Positions 12,124 to 25,837 are shown, numbered from the stretch's first letter. The stretch is 64,000 nucleotides of DNA from Mobula hypostoma (GCF_963921235.1 NC_086107.1:101434001-101498000), one strand, 5' to 3'. Translations and numbers: made by a program. The notes: generated by a model not told the origin, from the letters alone.

Positions 12124-12274
12124 GCTGTCCCTTTAAAAGATCTGCCCTCGGTTCTGATTGGTGAAGTAAAGCTACGCCCCGACCGACGCCCCTCTCAGTG
12201 ATTGGATGTTGGTCACCCGCCCCCCCGATGATAACATTAGTCCCGCCCCTCCTGGCCTGGGTGTCTCGGTTGTC
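12124..12274 (+). promoter_or_regulatory. gcat proximal promoter / 5' UTR in a small CpG island extending through exon 1 to about 12700
   Basis: Two inverted CCAAT boxes (ATTGG at 12157-12161 and 12201-12205), two GC boxes (CCGCCC at 12217-12222 and 12243-12248), and high CpG density against a CpG-poor background. Confidence 0.7.
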
Positions 12275-12470
12275 ATGTTGTCGCGGAGGGTTGTGGCGGC
12301 GGCGGCTCGCCGGCTCTCCGGGATCGGCCGGCCCAGCAGTGCCCTGGTGCAGCTCAATGCGGTGCTGGAGGCCGAGCTAGAGCGCATCCGCGGGGCGGGC
12401 ACCTGGAAGAACGAGCGGGTCATCACCTCCCGGCAAGGGCCGCACATCAATGTGCAGGGCAGCGAGGGAG
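12275..12470 (+). CDS. gcat: gcat exon 1 (coding part, 196 nt): mitochondrial targeting peptide plus N-terminus
   Basis: ATG in context gtcATGt. Translation MLSRRVVAAAARRLSGIGRPSSALVQLNAVLEAELERIRGAGTWKNERVITSRQGPHINVQGSEG has an Arg-rich, acid-free leader and the KBL-typical ELxxIRxAGTWKxERVI motif. Donor GAG|gtaggc. Confidence 0.96.
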
Positions 12471-13799
12471 GTAGGCCCGACGGCGGGGGTGGAGGGAACG
12501 GGACCTACAAGGGGGGAGTGGACATTTGGGGGTGGGCGAGGCTCGGAGAGCGGGGCGTGGGGCTTGCGGGGCTGGGTACCGGGGAGAGGAAGTAAAGGTA
12601 AGATATTCTATAGGTCTGGGGCCAGTTGTTTTCAGGCCCCGGGGCTGGAGGCCGGGATTTGGGGTTGCAGAGCCCCGAGGCCAGGACAGAAGGTCTGGGG
12701 AGAGTATGTGGATAAGGCTTACAGCGGAGTGTTTTCGGGTGGGTATTATCATAGACAGGAGTATTGCCCCTCCAGGGTCTTGGTTCTGGTTCCATTTGAT
12801 GGAGCTGAATCATCACCACACAGGGGACCCTGCTGAGTATCTCACAGGCTGAAGATAACTTGCTTCGCATAGCTCCTTTCAGTGTGCTGCGGCTTGATGA
12901 TCGAGGTTGGGGTGTCTAGGTTCTGGAGTGGAGGTTCTCATTAGCTCCACTCCACAGTGGGAGATACACACACCAAGGAGAGAAGGGTGAAGGCAGGGAT
13001 TCCCAACATGGAGTCCACAGACCCCTTGCCTAATGGGGCATTGGTCTCTTGATGCAAGAGATTGCAGGTGCTGGATTCTGAAGCAATATATAAAGTTCAG
13101 TAGGTCCAGCAGAATCGATGCAGGGAAATGGACAGCTGATATTTCAGCTCAAGACCCTTCACCTAGATTGTGTGGGGGGGGGGGGTCTCAACCATTTTCA
13201 TGCCATGGACCCCTACCATCAACCGAGGTGTCCATGGACCCCAGATTGGGATCCCCTGGTCTAGACTGGTTCAAGTTTACAGGAAGGCATCAGTAACTTA
13301 AATAACCACAGTGATGTGCAGAAGAACATCTCTGAATGCACGACGTGTTGAACTTTGAAATGGATGGTCTATAGCAGCAAAAGACCATGAGCATACACTC
13401 AGTGGAATTTAATAAAGTGGTGTATACAGCATATGGTCCTTCTCTTCCCCGATCTGAGAGATGAAATTGTGAATCAGTAACCAAAATTCCTTTCCACCAA
13501 GTTTCAGAGGTCAGCAAGAAATCTGTCCGCCTCCAAGGCCTTGTGTTTTTTTCAGTTGTTTATAGCCTTTCCAGTTTTCCCTTGGTTGGTAGACGGCCAG
13601 CAAGATTGTACTGGATAGTTTGATGGGGTTTGCTGTCAATTTTGGAGTGTCGATAGACCTGAATGTTCTAGACTTGGTGACAATCAAGTTTATCATCAAA
13701 CTCAACCTGACCTTTCATTGTAATGGTAGAACAGGGCTTAGGTTAGTAATCCTGGTGTCAACCTCACCAGAGTTGGTGCTGTTGAACTAACTGCTGAGA

Positions 13800-14565
13800 G
13801 TTTTATCTAAAATGCCTCACTGACCTGTTCCTTCTCCGGATCATTCGGGAGGCTGAAGGGGTGATCGGACATATAGAGAGGTAGCTACACCGAAGGTGCA
13901 GGACACAGGAAACTGGGTGACAGTCAGAAAGGGGAAAGGGGTTAAGGAGCCAGTGCAGAGTACTCCTGTGGCCATCCCGCTCAACAACAGGTATATCACT
14001 TCGGATTCTGTCGGGGGGATGACCCAGTGGGAAGGTCACGGTAGTCAGGTCTCTGGCACTGGGTCTGCCTCTGTGATGCAGAAGGGAAGGAGGAGGAGAG
14101 GCACGCTGTGGTGGCAGGGGAAGTTGGGGGGACAGACGAACAGGAGGCTTGTGGGCAAGAACGAGATTCTAGGATGACATGTTGCCTCCAGGGCCTGGGA
14201 TAGCTGGGATCGAGTCATCAACATTCTTAAGTGGGAGAGTGAACAGCCAGAAGTCATGGTCCATTAGGTAGGTACCAATGACATGGGTAAGACAAGTGAC
14301 GAGTTTCTGCATAGGGAGTTCAGGGGGTCAGGTGCTAAGTTAAAGGGCAGGACCTCCAGGGTTGTAATCTCAGGATTGCTACCCATGCTATGTGCCAGTG
14401 AGGCCAGAACTATGAAGATTATACAGTTTAATACGTGGCTACGGAGTTGGTGTTGGGGGGGGGGGTGCATAAGATTTTTGGATCATTGGGCTGTCTTCCA
14501 GGGAAGGTGGGACCTATACAGAAGGGACAGTTTGCACCTGAAATGGAGGGAGACTAATATCCTAG
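13800..14565 (+). mobile_element. CR1 ORF1 remnant (SGNH esterase domain)
   Basis: PEVMVH*VGTNDMG...RVVISGLLP...NTWLRSWC...FLDHW...DLYRRDSLHL matches SGNH blocks of CR1 ORF1p. Confidence 0.8.
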
Positions 14566-14566
14566 T

Positions 14567-14835
14567 GACACACACAAAATGCTGGTGGAACGCAGCAGGC
14601 CCAGCAGCATCTATAGGAAGAAGTACAGTCGACATTTCGGGCTGAGACCCTTCGTCAAGACTAACTGAAAGACGAGATAGTAAGAGATTTGGAAGTTGGA
14701 GGGGGGGGGAGATCCGAAATGATAGGAGAAGCCAGGAGGGGGAGGGATGAAGCTAGGAGCTGGAAAGTTGATTGGCTAAAGGGATACAAGGCTGGAGAAG
14801 GGTGAGGATCATGGGACAGGAGGCCTAGGGAGAAA
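14567..14835 (-). mobile_element. Penelope-like 3' module fragment
   Basis: Matches the reverse complement of about 32780-33030. Confidence 0.75.
14627..14662 (-). ncRNA. Degenerate hammerhead motif (C3 to U)
   Basis: Minus strand reads AGUC-UUGACGA-A-GGG-UCUCAG-CCC-GAAA-UG-UC-GACU. Confidence 0.5.
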
Positions 14836-15626
<791 letters not shown>

Positions 15627-15713
15627 TGTGTTCTGCGGAGAGACTTCCTATAGAAAGATATGGTCTTCCAGTAGACTTGTTATTGAAAAATATAGTCTGC
15701 TGATAGTCTTGTT

Positions 15714-16156
15714 ACTACTGTGTCACTTTTAAATCCATTCTCAACTTCATTTTTGCTGGCTGGCGAACCGGATCAGGAGGCCTGTCCTTTCCACTTCCCT
15801 AATCCAGCTGAGGAACTTTACTACAATGTGCTTTGCGTCTGTGCCAGATCAACTGTTCAAGGTTTCATTGGCACATTTGAATCCCTTGAGGCCAAGGCTG
15901 CTGAAGACACGGCCTAAGAGTGAAGGAAATTATAGTTTCCAAGTGAGGTGCTCTCCTCTTGACGCTTGTGGTGAATTGCAGGGCTCCTGTTGGGTTGCAT
16001 AACGGGCTGCAGGAGGTTAGAGCCAGGGAGTAGTGAGGTATTGGAGGGTGTTGCTAAATGGGGCACTTGGTGGCTGGTATGGTGCAGGTCAAGGGAGGGT
16101 TTGGATGGAGGCTGGAAGGCTGACATGGAGCACATTAGAATACAGGCTGTCCCAGG
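15714..16156 (-). repeat. 443-bp inverted duplication, copy B (gcat intron 1)
   Basis: Reverse complement of 5395-5837. The ORF-track peptides 5634-5888(-) and 15720-15917(+) are near-identical. Confidence 0.95.
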
Positions 16157-16448
16157 GCTACCAACAGCCAACTTACGGACATTTCTACTGAAGAAGGTGC
16201 CCCCTTAATGTTATTAAGTATAAAAGTTTTAATATGCATTTGTTCCTACAAACAGCAGGTGTAGTTTTTTCTATGTCTGCTTTTAGTATTTTCTTTCTTA
16301 TCAGCCCTGCGTGTTTTTGATGTCACTCGTTACAGTACTGTTAATGTATAGTTACCATATTGAGTGATTTTTGTGTTTACTGAGTTACAGACAAACTGAT
16401 GGACGTCTGTAAATACGGGACCTGTTCGTTCCCGGGGGATGGGCTGTA
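16141..16448. mobile_element. Old Tigger/pogo-like MITE
   Basis: Imperfect TIRs TACAGGCTGTCCCAGGGCTACCAACAG... and ...CTGTTCGTTCCCGGGGGATGGGCTGTA with TA ends and subterminal (C/T)TTAC(G/A)GAC motifs. Confidence 0.55.
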
Positions 16449-16505
16449 GTGGAATTTGGGGGTAAGCTGGTGAGAGTCAGAAGCAGAGAATCTGATCAGG
16501 AACTA

Positions 16506-17070
16506 GTCATAGTCATACTTTATTGATCCCGGGGGAAATTGGTTTTCGTTACAGTTGCACCATAAATAATAAATAGTAATAAACCATAAATAGTTAAATA
16601 GTAAAAAGTAAATTATGCCAGGAAATGAGTCCAGGACCAGCCTATTGGCTCAGGGTGTCTGACCCTCCAAGGGAGGAGTTGTAAAGTTTGATGGCCACAG
16701 GCAGGAATGACTTCCTATGACGCTCTGTGCTGCATCTCGGTGGAATGAGTCTCTGGCTGAATGTACTCCTGTGCCCAACCAGTACATTATGTAGTGGATG
16801 GGAGACATTGTCCAAGATGGCATGCAACTTAGACAGCATCCTCTTTTCAGACACCACCGTCAGAGAGTCCAGTTCCATCCCCACAACATCACTGGCCTTA
16901 TGAATAAGTTAGTTGATTCAGTTGGTGTCTGCTACCCTCAGCCTGCTGCCCCAGGACACAACAGCAAACATGATCGCACTGGCCACCACAGACTTGTAGA
17001 ACATGCTCAGCATCGTCCGGCAGATGTTAAAGGACTTCAGTCTCCTCAGGAAATAGAGACGGCTCTGACC
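16506..17070 (-). mobile_element. Rex1/Babar-like LINE 3' end (second subfamily)
   Basis: ORF 16642-16884 contains LDSLTVVSEKRML..ILDNVSHPLH...RHRKSFLPVAIKLYN; tail gggatcaataaagta. Confidence 0.8.
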
Positions 17071-18259
17071 CTATATCTCCCTAAATAGAGATATAGGGAG
17101 CTAGAATTTGTTGAATGTGTGATATGTGATATGACTACAACTGTATATTGGAATATGAAGTAAATTTTTCATGCCTGCCTCCCTGTCCTCCTCTAGTCCA
17201 CCTGTCAGTAGGAATGTTTCACACGTTTCTGTTCATTGAAGTGCCCAGCATCTTTTACTGTCTATGTTCCAGTGTTTCATTCCTCCATCTTTCCAATCCC
17301 TTATTTAAATGTCTCCCTTTGCACCTCCATTCTGAATCTCCACTTGTTGTTTCCTGGGAAGCAATTTTCACAATTTGACTCCGTTTAAGCAGCATATCTA
17401 GATTACATGAATACTGCTTCTCCTCGTGCCCAGTTTTCACTGGTCCTGTTCCTCCACAGTGCCCTTTCCAAATTGCCATTTGTTTATGGACCCATTTGTT
17501 ATCAGAATTAGAATCGGGTTTATTGCCACTGGCATATGTCGTGATGTTGTTATGTGGCTGCAGTACATTGCAATAAATAATACTGTAAATTACAGTAGGA
17601 ATGTGTGTGTATGTAATATATACGTACAGACTAACAAAGGAACCTCAACTATGCTTTCATTTTACTCTAGTAACCATTCTGGACTGGTTAAGAAACCTGG
17701 TTAACGGGTACTGACTGGACAGGTTTGTATAGTTCATTTGGGACTATACTTCTGCAGGAACAACACAACTATAGAAGCAAGTTAACTGCTAAAAAATTAA
17801 AAAGTTTATAAATAGGTGGTTTTGCAAACATGTAAACAAGTGTAAAGGAACTTAAAACTACAAGGGAAAAAAACCACAATAAAGCAACTGTCTGGATTCT
17901 AATCCAACAATCGGGTGTATTTAGCTTTCCAAAAGGCATTTGGCAAAGTGACGCATATGAGGCCGGTGCCCAGGTTATGAGCCCGAGGTATGGGAGGGTG
18001 TGTGTTGGTGTGGTTTCAAAACTGTCTGTCTTGTAGAAAACAGAATTGGAATTAGCGGGTCTGCCATTAGCAGTCTGAGGAGGCTTGGTATGTCACTGAA
18101 AAATCTTGCAAACGTCTACAGATGTATGGTAGAGCATTCTGACTGATTGAAACACCAGCTAGCATGGGGGGCTCCAGTGCACAGGATCAGAAGAGGCTGC
18201 AGAGGGCTGTCAACTCCATCACGGGTACTAAACCTCCCCACCATCGAGGACATCTTCAA

Positions 18260-20470
18260 AAGGGTCAAAGGTTAAAGTACCTTTATTATTATGTCACCAT
18301 GTACAACCCTGAGGCTTATTATCTTTCGGGAATACTCAATAAATCTATAGAGAAGTAACAAGTATAGAATGAATGAAAGACTACATCAGCTTGGTTGTTC
18401 AACCACTGTGCAAAAGACAACAAGCTATGCAAATACAAAAATAAAGAAATAATAATTAAATAATCACTGAATATCGATAATGTGAGATGAAGAATCTTTG
18501 AAGTGAGTCTATTTGTTTGGGATTTATGAGACTGGAATAATACCAGAAGAGATGAAAAAATCAGTATTTATCACTCTTCCTAAGAAACCTGGAGCAGTAG
18601 AATGTGAATCACATAGGACCATAAGTTTAATGAGTCATATCACCAAGATACTTCTAAGAATTTTGATGACAAGAGCTAAAAGTAAGATACAAGCTGAAAT
18701 AGGCAAGGAGCAATGTGGTTTTGTGAAAGACAAAGGTACAAGAAACGCAATATTGATGTTAAGGATACTATCAGAACGAGCTATTCAAGTGCAAAAAGAT
18801 TGTTTTATCGACTACACCAAAACATTTGATAAGGTGAAAAACAATAAGTTATTTGAAATACTACAGAAAACTCTTGATCTAGATTCGAAAGACCTCCGCC
18901 TAATTAGAAATCTTTACTGGAAACAAACTGCCGCTGTAAGAATAGATGGAGAAGTGAGTCAGTTTATGAAAATCAAGAGAGGTGTTAGACAAGGGTGTGT
19001 TTTCTCCCCGATTTGTTTAATGTGTACAGTGAAACAATATAAAAAATAAGAGACATCTTGGGAATCAAAGCTGGCGGTGAAAATATCAATAATTTCAGAT
19101 ATGCAGATGACACTGTGTTAATTGCAAGTACGGAGGAAGAACAACAAAACTTAATTGATATAGTTGTTGAAGAAAGTGCAAAAATGGGTCTATCTATCAA
19201 TTGCAAAAGGACAGAATATACGGTGATATCCAAAAAGAAGGAAAATCCTATCTGCAGGCTGAGAATAAATGGGGAAGACATAAAACAAGTACAGAAATTC
19301 TGCTACTTAGGAAGCTGGGTGACATCAAATGGCAAGTGTGACATGGACCTTAAAAGAAGAATAGGGATGGCAAAAGACACCTTTATGAGAATGAACAGTA
19401 TATTGACCAACATTAAACTAGGCATGACAACCCATCTCAGAATACTGAAATGTTACGTTTATCCAGTTATGTTATATGGCTCAGAATGTTGGACAATATC
19501 TAGTAACATGAGAAAACGAATTGTAGCAGCAGAGATGTGGTTTTTGAGGAGGATGCAAAGAATATCATGGACGAAACGAATATCTAACGAGGATGTCATG
19601 AACAGAGCAAACACAGAAAGAGAAATAATGTATGAGATCACGGAAAGGCAACGTAACTTTATTGGATATGTGATTAGGAAAGAGGAGTTAGAATGCACGG
19701 TAACTATCGGAAAGATTGAAGGGAAGAAAGCAAGAGGAAGACAAAGACAAATGATGATGGAGACAGCAGCCAGAGAACTGGAAATGAATGCCAATGAATT
19801 GATCCACTTGACCCGAAACAGGAGTGTGTGGGCCACGGCAGTCAAAGCTCAAACTGGGCATGGCACCTGATGATGATGATGATTTGTTTGGGAACATTTC
19901 AATGATGAGGCAAGTGAAATTATCCCCTTTGGTTCAAGAGCCTAATGGTTGAGGGATAGTAACTGTTCTGAAGCTGGTGGTGTGAGTCCTGAGGCTCCTG
20001 TACCACCTTCCTGATGGCAGCAGCGAGAAGAGGGCTTTACCTGTGATGGACTGGGCCGTATCCACTACTTTTTGTAGGATTTTCCATTCAAGGGTGTTGG
20101 TATTTCCATACCATGCTGTGATGTGGCCAGTCAATATACTCTCCACCTCACATTTATAGAAGTTGTTCAAAGTTTTAGATGTCATGCTGAATCTGCACAA
20201 ACTCCTAAGGAAGTAGAGGTACGGCAATACTGTCTTTGTAATTGCACTTGCGAGCGAGGCCCAGGACTGGTTCTCTAAAATAATAACACCGAGGAATTTA
20301 AAGTTGCTGACCCTCTCCTCCTCTGACCTTATGGCGAGGTGGCCCATGGAACCCTGGTTTCTACTTCCTGAAGTCAACAATCAGCTCCTTGATCTTGCTG
20401 ATGTTGAGTAAAAGGTTGTTGTTAAGGCACCACTCAGCCAGATTTTCAGTCTCATGCTGATTCATCACCA
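18260..20470 (-). mobile_element. Rex1/Babar-like fragment hosting the RTE insertion
   Basis: ORF 19934-20380 contains ERVSNFKFLGV...ESILTGHITAWYGN. The tail continues at 18260-18510 across the RTE TSD. Confidence 0.8.
18523..19881 (+). mobile_element. RTE-clade LINE, 5'-truncated (RT domain, frameshifted)
   Basis: ORFs 18513-19049 and 19058-19870 contain RTISLMSHITK, FIDYTKTFD, GVRQGC, RYADD and LYGSECW. (TGA)n tail. 12-bp TSD ATTTGTTTGGGA at 18511-18522 and 19882-19893. Confidence 0.93.
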
Positions 20471-20759
20471 TCAATTGATGTCTCAAAAAAGGGGTATCCA
20501 TCACTGAGGACATTCAGCAACCAGGACATGCCCCTCTTCTCATTACTGCCATTAAGGATGAGGAACAGGAGCTTGAAGACCCACACAATCAATGTTTTAG
20601 GAGCAGCTTCTCTTCTGGCATCACTATTCGTCTTTCACATTAATTAATTTATTTTTATTGTAACTTACAGTAATATTGCCTCACATTGTACTGCTTCCAC
20701 AAAAGAACAATTTTCATGACATACGTCAGTGATAACAAACCTGATTCTGATTCTTTTCA

Positions 20760-21870
20760 GGCTGAAGGGATGTAACTAAGAGTATCCCAGGGACCAGTTC
20801 TTGGCCTCAGTTGTTCAGTGTTTGCGTAAGAGGAGGAAGGAAGTGTTAAGATTTCCAAGTTTGTCAATGAAATGGAAATGTGTGACAGGACATGTGATGA
20901 GGACATCATGAGACAGTAGCAGGGTATAGATAGATAGAGTGATCAGGTGAAAACCTGGCAAATAGTGCTGAATGTTGGAAGGTGCACGAACGACCCTACA
21001 CTTCAGTAAGAGGAATCAAAAGGCAGATCATTATCCTATTTGTACACTTTCTCCATTGAGTAAAGTTCAAAGGGGTCGAGGTGTTCTGGTGCATGAGTCG
21101 CAAAATATTAACAGGCAAGTCCAACAGTAGCTAAGAAGGGAACTGGCCTGTATGGATAGGGGTTGGATTTCAAGGATGGTGATGTTTTGTTAGTTGTACA
21201 GGGCATTGGTGTGACCACATTTGGACAATTTTCATCCCCTTCCCTACAAAAAGATACAGTAGCGTTGGAGGTAGTCGCAAGAAAAATTCATCAAGCTAAT
21301 TCCTGGGATGAGTAGGTTGCCAAATCAAAAGAAGTTAGACAGTCTGGGTCCTTGTTCCTATAAGTTTTGAAGAATGAGGGGTGATCTTATTCAAACATCC
21401 CAGATCCTAAGAGGGCTTCACACATCAAAATTGCTGGTGAACTCAGCAGGCCAGGCAGCATCTTTGATGTGTGTTGCTTGAATTTCCAGCATCTGCAGAA
21501 TTCCTCATGTTTGTGTCCTAAGAGGGCTTGACAGATTAGGTGTTGAGAAGTTCTCACTTACGGGGAAATTCATGAACTGGAAGGCATTACTGCAGAATGA
21601 GAATCTGGAAATTTAAAACTGAGAGGTGCAGGAATGTCTTCTCTTGAGAGGGTAGTGAATTTCTGGAATTCTCTGCCCGAGGGTGGTGAAGGTCAGATTA
21701 TTCGATATATTTAAAAGGGAGATGGATAAATATTGGCAAGATAATGGAACGGAAGCTTACAGAGAACTGGCACGGAAAAAGAGTTGAGGCCAGCATAGGT
21801 CAGCCATGATCATGTTGAAAGGTGGGTGAGGCTCGAGGGGCTCCCACTCTTGTTTGCTTGTTCTTGTATT
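20760..21870 (+). mobile_element. Old degraded CR1 RT/3' fragment
   Basis: Decayed homology to 55950-56950, including tccaagtttgtcaatga, ctggcaaat...aatgttggaaggtg and gggtagtgaatttctggaattctctgccc. Confidence 0.65.
21419..21515. mobile_element. 97-bp inverted mini-insertion of the Penelope 3' module inside an old CR1
   Basis: 14-bp TSD TCCTAAGAGGGCTT at 21405-21418 and 21516-21529. Confidence 0.85.
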
Positions 21871-22250
21871 CCTGCCTAGGTTGAGGGGTTGTCAGGGAGT
21901 AGTACTTATAGAGGGCTAGCAGTCATTGAGGGCAGTGCTTGTTGAATAGTCAGTGGCTGGGGAGGGGGGGGGTATAGCAAGGGGCAGCAGTTGTTGGTGC
22001 ATATATAAATGGCTAATTATTTGTAGCTGTGATTGGTGGGAGATGAAGAAGTCCCAGTCAGAGGGCTTGTAGTGTTATCAGCAAAGCTCTGGCATTTGGG
22101 AAGGTCACAGAGGGCAAACCCTGTTGGTTCCTTGAACTGAAACATGCTCAGATGGGGGATTGTGGTGATAGAACCTCCAGGGAATGATCAGACAGTGTAC
22201 TATTGTGTGCCCACTGTTAATCACCGATTCCAATTGCTCTCCTTCCATAG

Positions 22251-22381
22251 CGATTCTGAATTTCTGTGCGAACAACTACCTGGGCCTTTCCAGCCACCCT
22301 GCAGTGATACAGGCAGGAATCGAAGCCCTGGATCAGTACGGAGCCGGTCTAAGTTCTGTCCGATTCATTTGTGGCACTCAG
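22251..22381 (+). CDS. gcat: gcat exon 2 (131 nt)
   Basis: Acceptor ccttccatag|, donor CAG|gttagt. Encodes (A)ILNFCANNYLGLSSHPAVIQAGIEALDQYGAGLSSVRFICGTQ, an alpha-oxoamine synthase family motif. Confidence 0.98.
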
Positions 22382-23004
22382 GTTAGTCCAAGAGAGCATT
22401 TAGCATTAAAGTGACGTTATTGGACTTAACTCCACAGTCCCAATGTCATGATCAACCCAGTGCAAGCCTTCTAATCCACCAGTATTGAGCTGAGTGATCC
22501 GAAGTTCTTAATCTGGCCCTTGGACAATAAGCTAGTTGTTGGAAATCAACAGATCAGCGTCACCCTGCAAGTATCATGTCACACCAACCTTTCAGCTTTG
22601 ATGTGTGTGTGCGCCCTCTTCTCTCACCCATCTAGGACACATCTCCCTTTTTCCTTCTCTTATTTCCCTTCTCCCGTCATCTCTCCTTTTCTTCCAATCT
22701 TGAACACTTCCCAGATTCCCCCTTTCCCTTCCTATCCATCCCAGATATTCATCTCCTTCCATCCCCATCACCTCTTCCCACCCTTTACCTATTCCTTTCC
22801 TTCCCTCCAACTTTACCATTCCAAATTCTCCTCTATCCTCCCTCTTTGTCCCACTTTCAGCATGGATGCCCATTCCCCCCATTGACCCATGAGGCCTTGC
22901 ATCTCCCACAAAGCAGGAATCTGGGGAATGTTTTCACCAGAGGAAGAATGAAGGTGGAGAGAGAACTAACCATTCTCCCTCTTTCTCTGTATTTTTATCC
23001 CTAG

Positions 23005-23106
23005 AACTTGCATAAGAACCTCGAGGCCAAGATTGCTAAGTTTCACAAGCGGGAAGATGCCATTCTCTATGCTAGCTGTTTTGATGCCAATGCTGGGATT
23101 TTTGAG
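23005..23106 (+). CDS. gcat: gcat exon 3 (102 nt)
   Basis: Acceptor tttatccctag|, donor GAG|gtggga. Encodes [34 protein letters not shown]. Confidence 0.97.
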
Positions 23107-25576
23107 GTGGGATATATACCATCTAAATACGCTATTTTATGTTGAAACCTTTTGTAGTGATATAACCTGCTGAAGAGTGAGCTTTCTGCTTTTCTGAGGT
23201 CCATTTGGAGAAATTTGTGATCGCAAGCTGAGACAAATTATTAATCTAAGTCAACTGCTGGGGTGAATTTTTAGATTTAGATTATGAAGACATGCAGTCC
23301 TCTTTTATCGTCATTTATTAATGCATGCATTAAGAAATGATAGAATATTTCCTCCGGTGTGATATCACAAAACACAAGACAGACCAAGACTGAAAAAAAC
23401 TAACAAATCCACATAATTATAACATATAGTTACAACAGTGCAACAATACCATAACTTGATGAAGAAGTCCATGAGCACAGTAAAAGTTCAAAGTCTCTCA
23501 AATGTCCCACATCTCACGCAGACGGGAGAAGGAAGAAAATCTCTCCTTGCCATACCCAACCACGGTCTGACTCTAAGTCATCCGAAAACTTTGAGCTCTG
23601 ATCAGCTTTCCGGCATTGAGTATTGAGCGCCATCTCTGTCCGAACAATTCGACCTCCATCTCGGTCGCCAACAGCAGGCAAAGCCGGGGATTTTGAGGCC
23701 TTCCCTCCGAAAGATTCCCAACCGCACAGTAACGACAGCAGCGAACGAGCGTTTCAGAAATTTTTCCAGATGTTCCTCTGTGCTTTCACGTCCATTCTCC
23801 GTCAAATCAGAATTGTCCATGGCCCCTATTTAACGGATACGATATCATTTTTCACCGGAGGGCTGCGCACGCGCGGTGTGCTGCTTCCCTCTCCTCCCGC
23901 TGTTTTTATTTTCAGTTGTGCAGGTTGGACACACTTTATCCTAGAATATGGCAATCAGTTGAGTTTGCATGCATCTGAAGCGCAATAGCAGCTGAGCAGA
24001 CAAACTGAGACACTGAAAACTAACTTAATTTAAGAGAGTTCTCACCTCTTTTGTCTCCTTCCCGGTTCTGGCAAAGGGTCTGCAACCTGAAACGTCATCT
24101 CTGTTTCTCTTCCCACTGACGTGGCTGACCTGCTGAGTATTTCAAGCATTTTCTGTTTTAGTTTTAAAACTAACTTGTTTTTGTCTCTATCACAATCCTC
24201 ACAAAGGATTCCGTCCTAAAACATTAATTGCTTCTCCCTCCTTAGATGCTGCGTGATCTGAGTGTTTCCAGGCGTTTCTGGGTTTGAGACTGAGAAGCTG
24301 CCTATACATGGCCTTGTGCAGGACAGTGCTTAGTTAACTCATTATCCCTACTTGAAGCCCCATGCTACTTCATCTTGTGCAGATATTTGATTAGAACATA
24401 GAACATAAAATAGTTCAATATAGACCCTTTGGCCCTTGTATTGTGCTGACCTTTTAACTTTAAGATCAATCTAATCCTTCCCTTCCACATAGCCCAATTT
24501 TCTTTCATTCATGTGCCTATCTAAGAGTCTCTTAAATGTCCCTATTATTATTATTATTATCATATTGTTATTAAAATACAGCATGTAATAGTCCCTTCTA
24601 GCCCTTCAAGCCACACTGCCCAACGACTACTGATTTAACCCTAGTCTAATCACGGGACAATTTACAATGGCAATTAACCTACCAATCAGTATGTCATTGG
24701 ACTGTGGGAGGAAACCCACACAGTCATGGGGATAACATACAATCTCCTTGCAGGCAACGGTGGGAATTGTACCCGGTTCGCTGGAATTGTAAAGCATTGT
24801 GCTAACCACTATGCTACCATGTGCCCATAAAACTTACTGTAAGATCAATCTAATCCTTCCCTCCCACGTAGCCCTCCATTTTTTTTTTTCATTCGTGTGC
24901 CTATCTAAAAATCTCTTAAATGTCCCGTGTGTCTGCATCTACCACCACCTCGGCAGCGCGTCCCACTGATTGTTCTGTCCCTGACGGCCTCTCTGAACCT
25001 GTGTGGTTCTCACCAGTGCCAAAGTGAGCCATTTCTTGTGGCAAGTAGGCAGGTAACTAGTTAATATTTTTAAGCTAGCTGGTGTACAGAATAACAATGC
25101 AGGCTGGTAGAAGATGAGAACAGTTTCTGTTAAGTGACAAATTTCTATGATCGTTCATCTGAAAGAGCAGGAGCAGATTCAACAAGTACCTACAAATGGG
25201 AATTGGATTTGTATTGCTGGGAGTAAAAGTGATCCCAGTGTTATTAAGAACTGCTATTGCTTTTCCAGTCTATTGTTCATTTACATTCTAATCCTGTTCT
25301 AGGTGAAATTGCAGTATTTTGAAAAATGAGGTGGTTGGACTTGTTCAAACATACATTAACCTCACCCTGGGATTGTAACCTTTTACTTTTATTGGCTTTA
25401 AGCATATAAATTCATTGGTTACAGGCTTATAAAAAGCATCACCCATCAAGTCCTGTGGGATCTCCTTCCTTGAGAAATATGTCCTTTGATAGCTGGAACT
25501 GTACGTGTGAGCAGTCAGAATCTTGGCCGCTACATTGTGGGCGGGGGGGGGGGGTTGTTGCAGCTGACTATTGGGC

Positions 25577-25579
<3 letters not shown>

Positions 25580-25608
<29 letters not shown>
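25580..25608. repeat. (GA)n microsatellite about 80 bp upstream of gcat exon 4
   Basis: Direct observation. Confidence 0.95.
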
Positions 25609-25611
<3 letters not shown>

Positions 25612-25690
25612 GGGGAGATGGGATGTGGTTGAAAACAATGTTGAAGTAAGCCTAACACAAGCTCCCCTTCTGTCCTCTTGCCTCCTGCAG

Positions 25691-25837
25691 GCCATGTTGA
25701 CTCCTGACGATGCGATTCTCTCTGACGAGCTGAACCATGCCTCGATCATCGACGGGGTCAGGCTGTGCAAGGCCAACAAGTACCGTTACAAACACCTGAA
25801 CCTCGGCGACCTGGAGGCCAAGCTGAAGGAAGCTCAG
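25691..25837 (+). CDS. gcat: gcat exon 4 (147 nt)
   Basis: Acceptor cctcctgcag|, donor CAG|gtacac. Encodes [49 protein letters not shown], including the [12 protein letters not shown] motif. Confidence 0.97.

Noticed and set aside
12206..12274. ORF-track N-terminal extension of gcat (MLVTRPPDD...)
   Set aside because: It starts at a non-ATG codon inside the CCAAT/GC-box region. The ATG at 12275 gives a typical targeting peptide and a 419-aa protein.
22184..22250. In-frame open region upstream of gcat exon 2 as an alternative longer exon
   Set aside because: The nearby upstream AG acceptors would add 55, 59, 70 or 79 nt, none a multiple of three.
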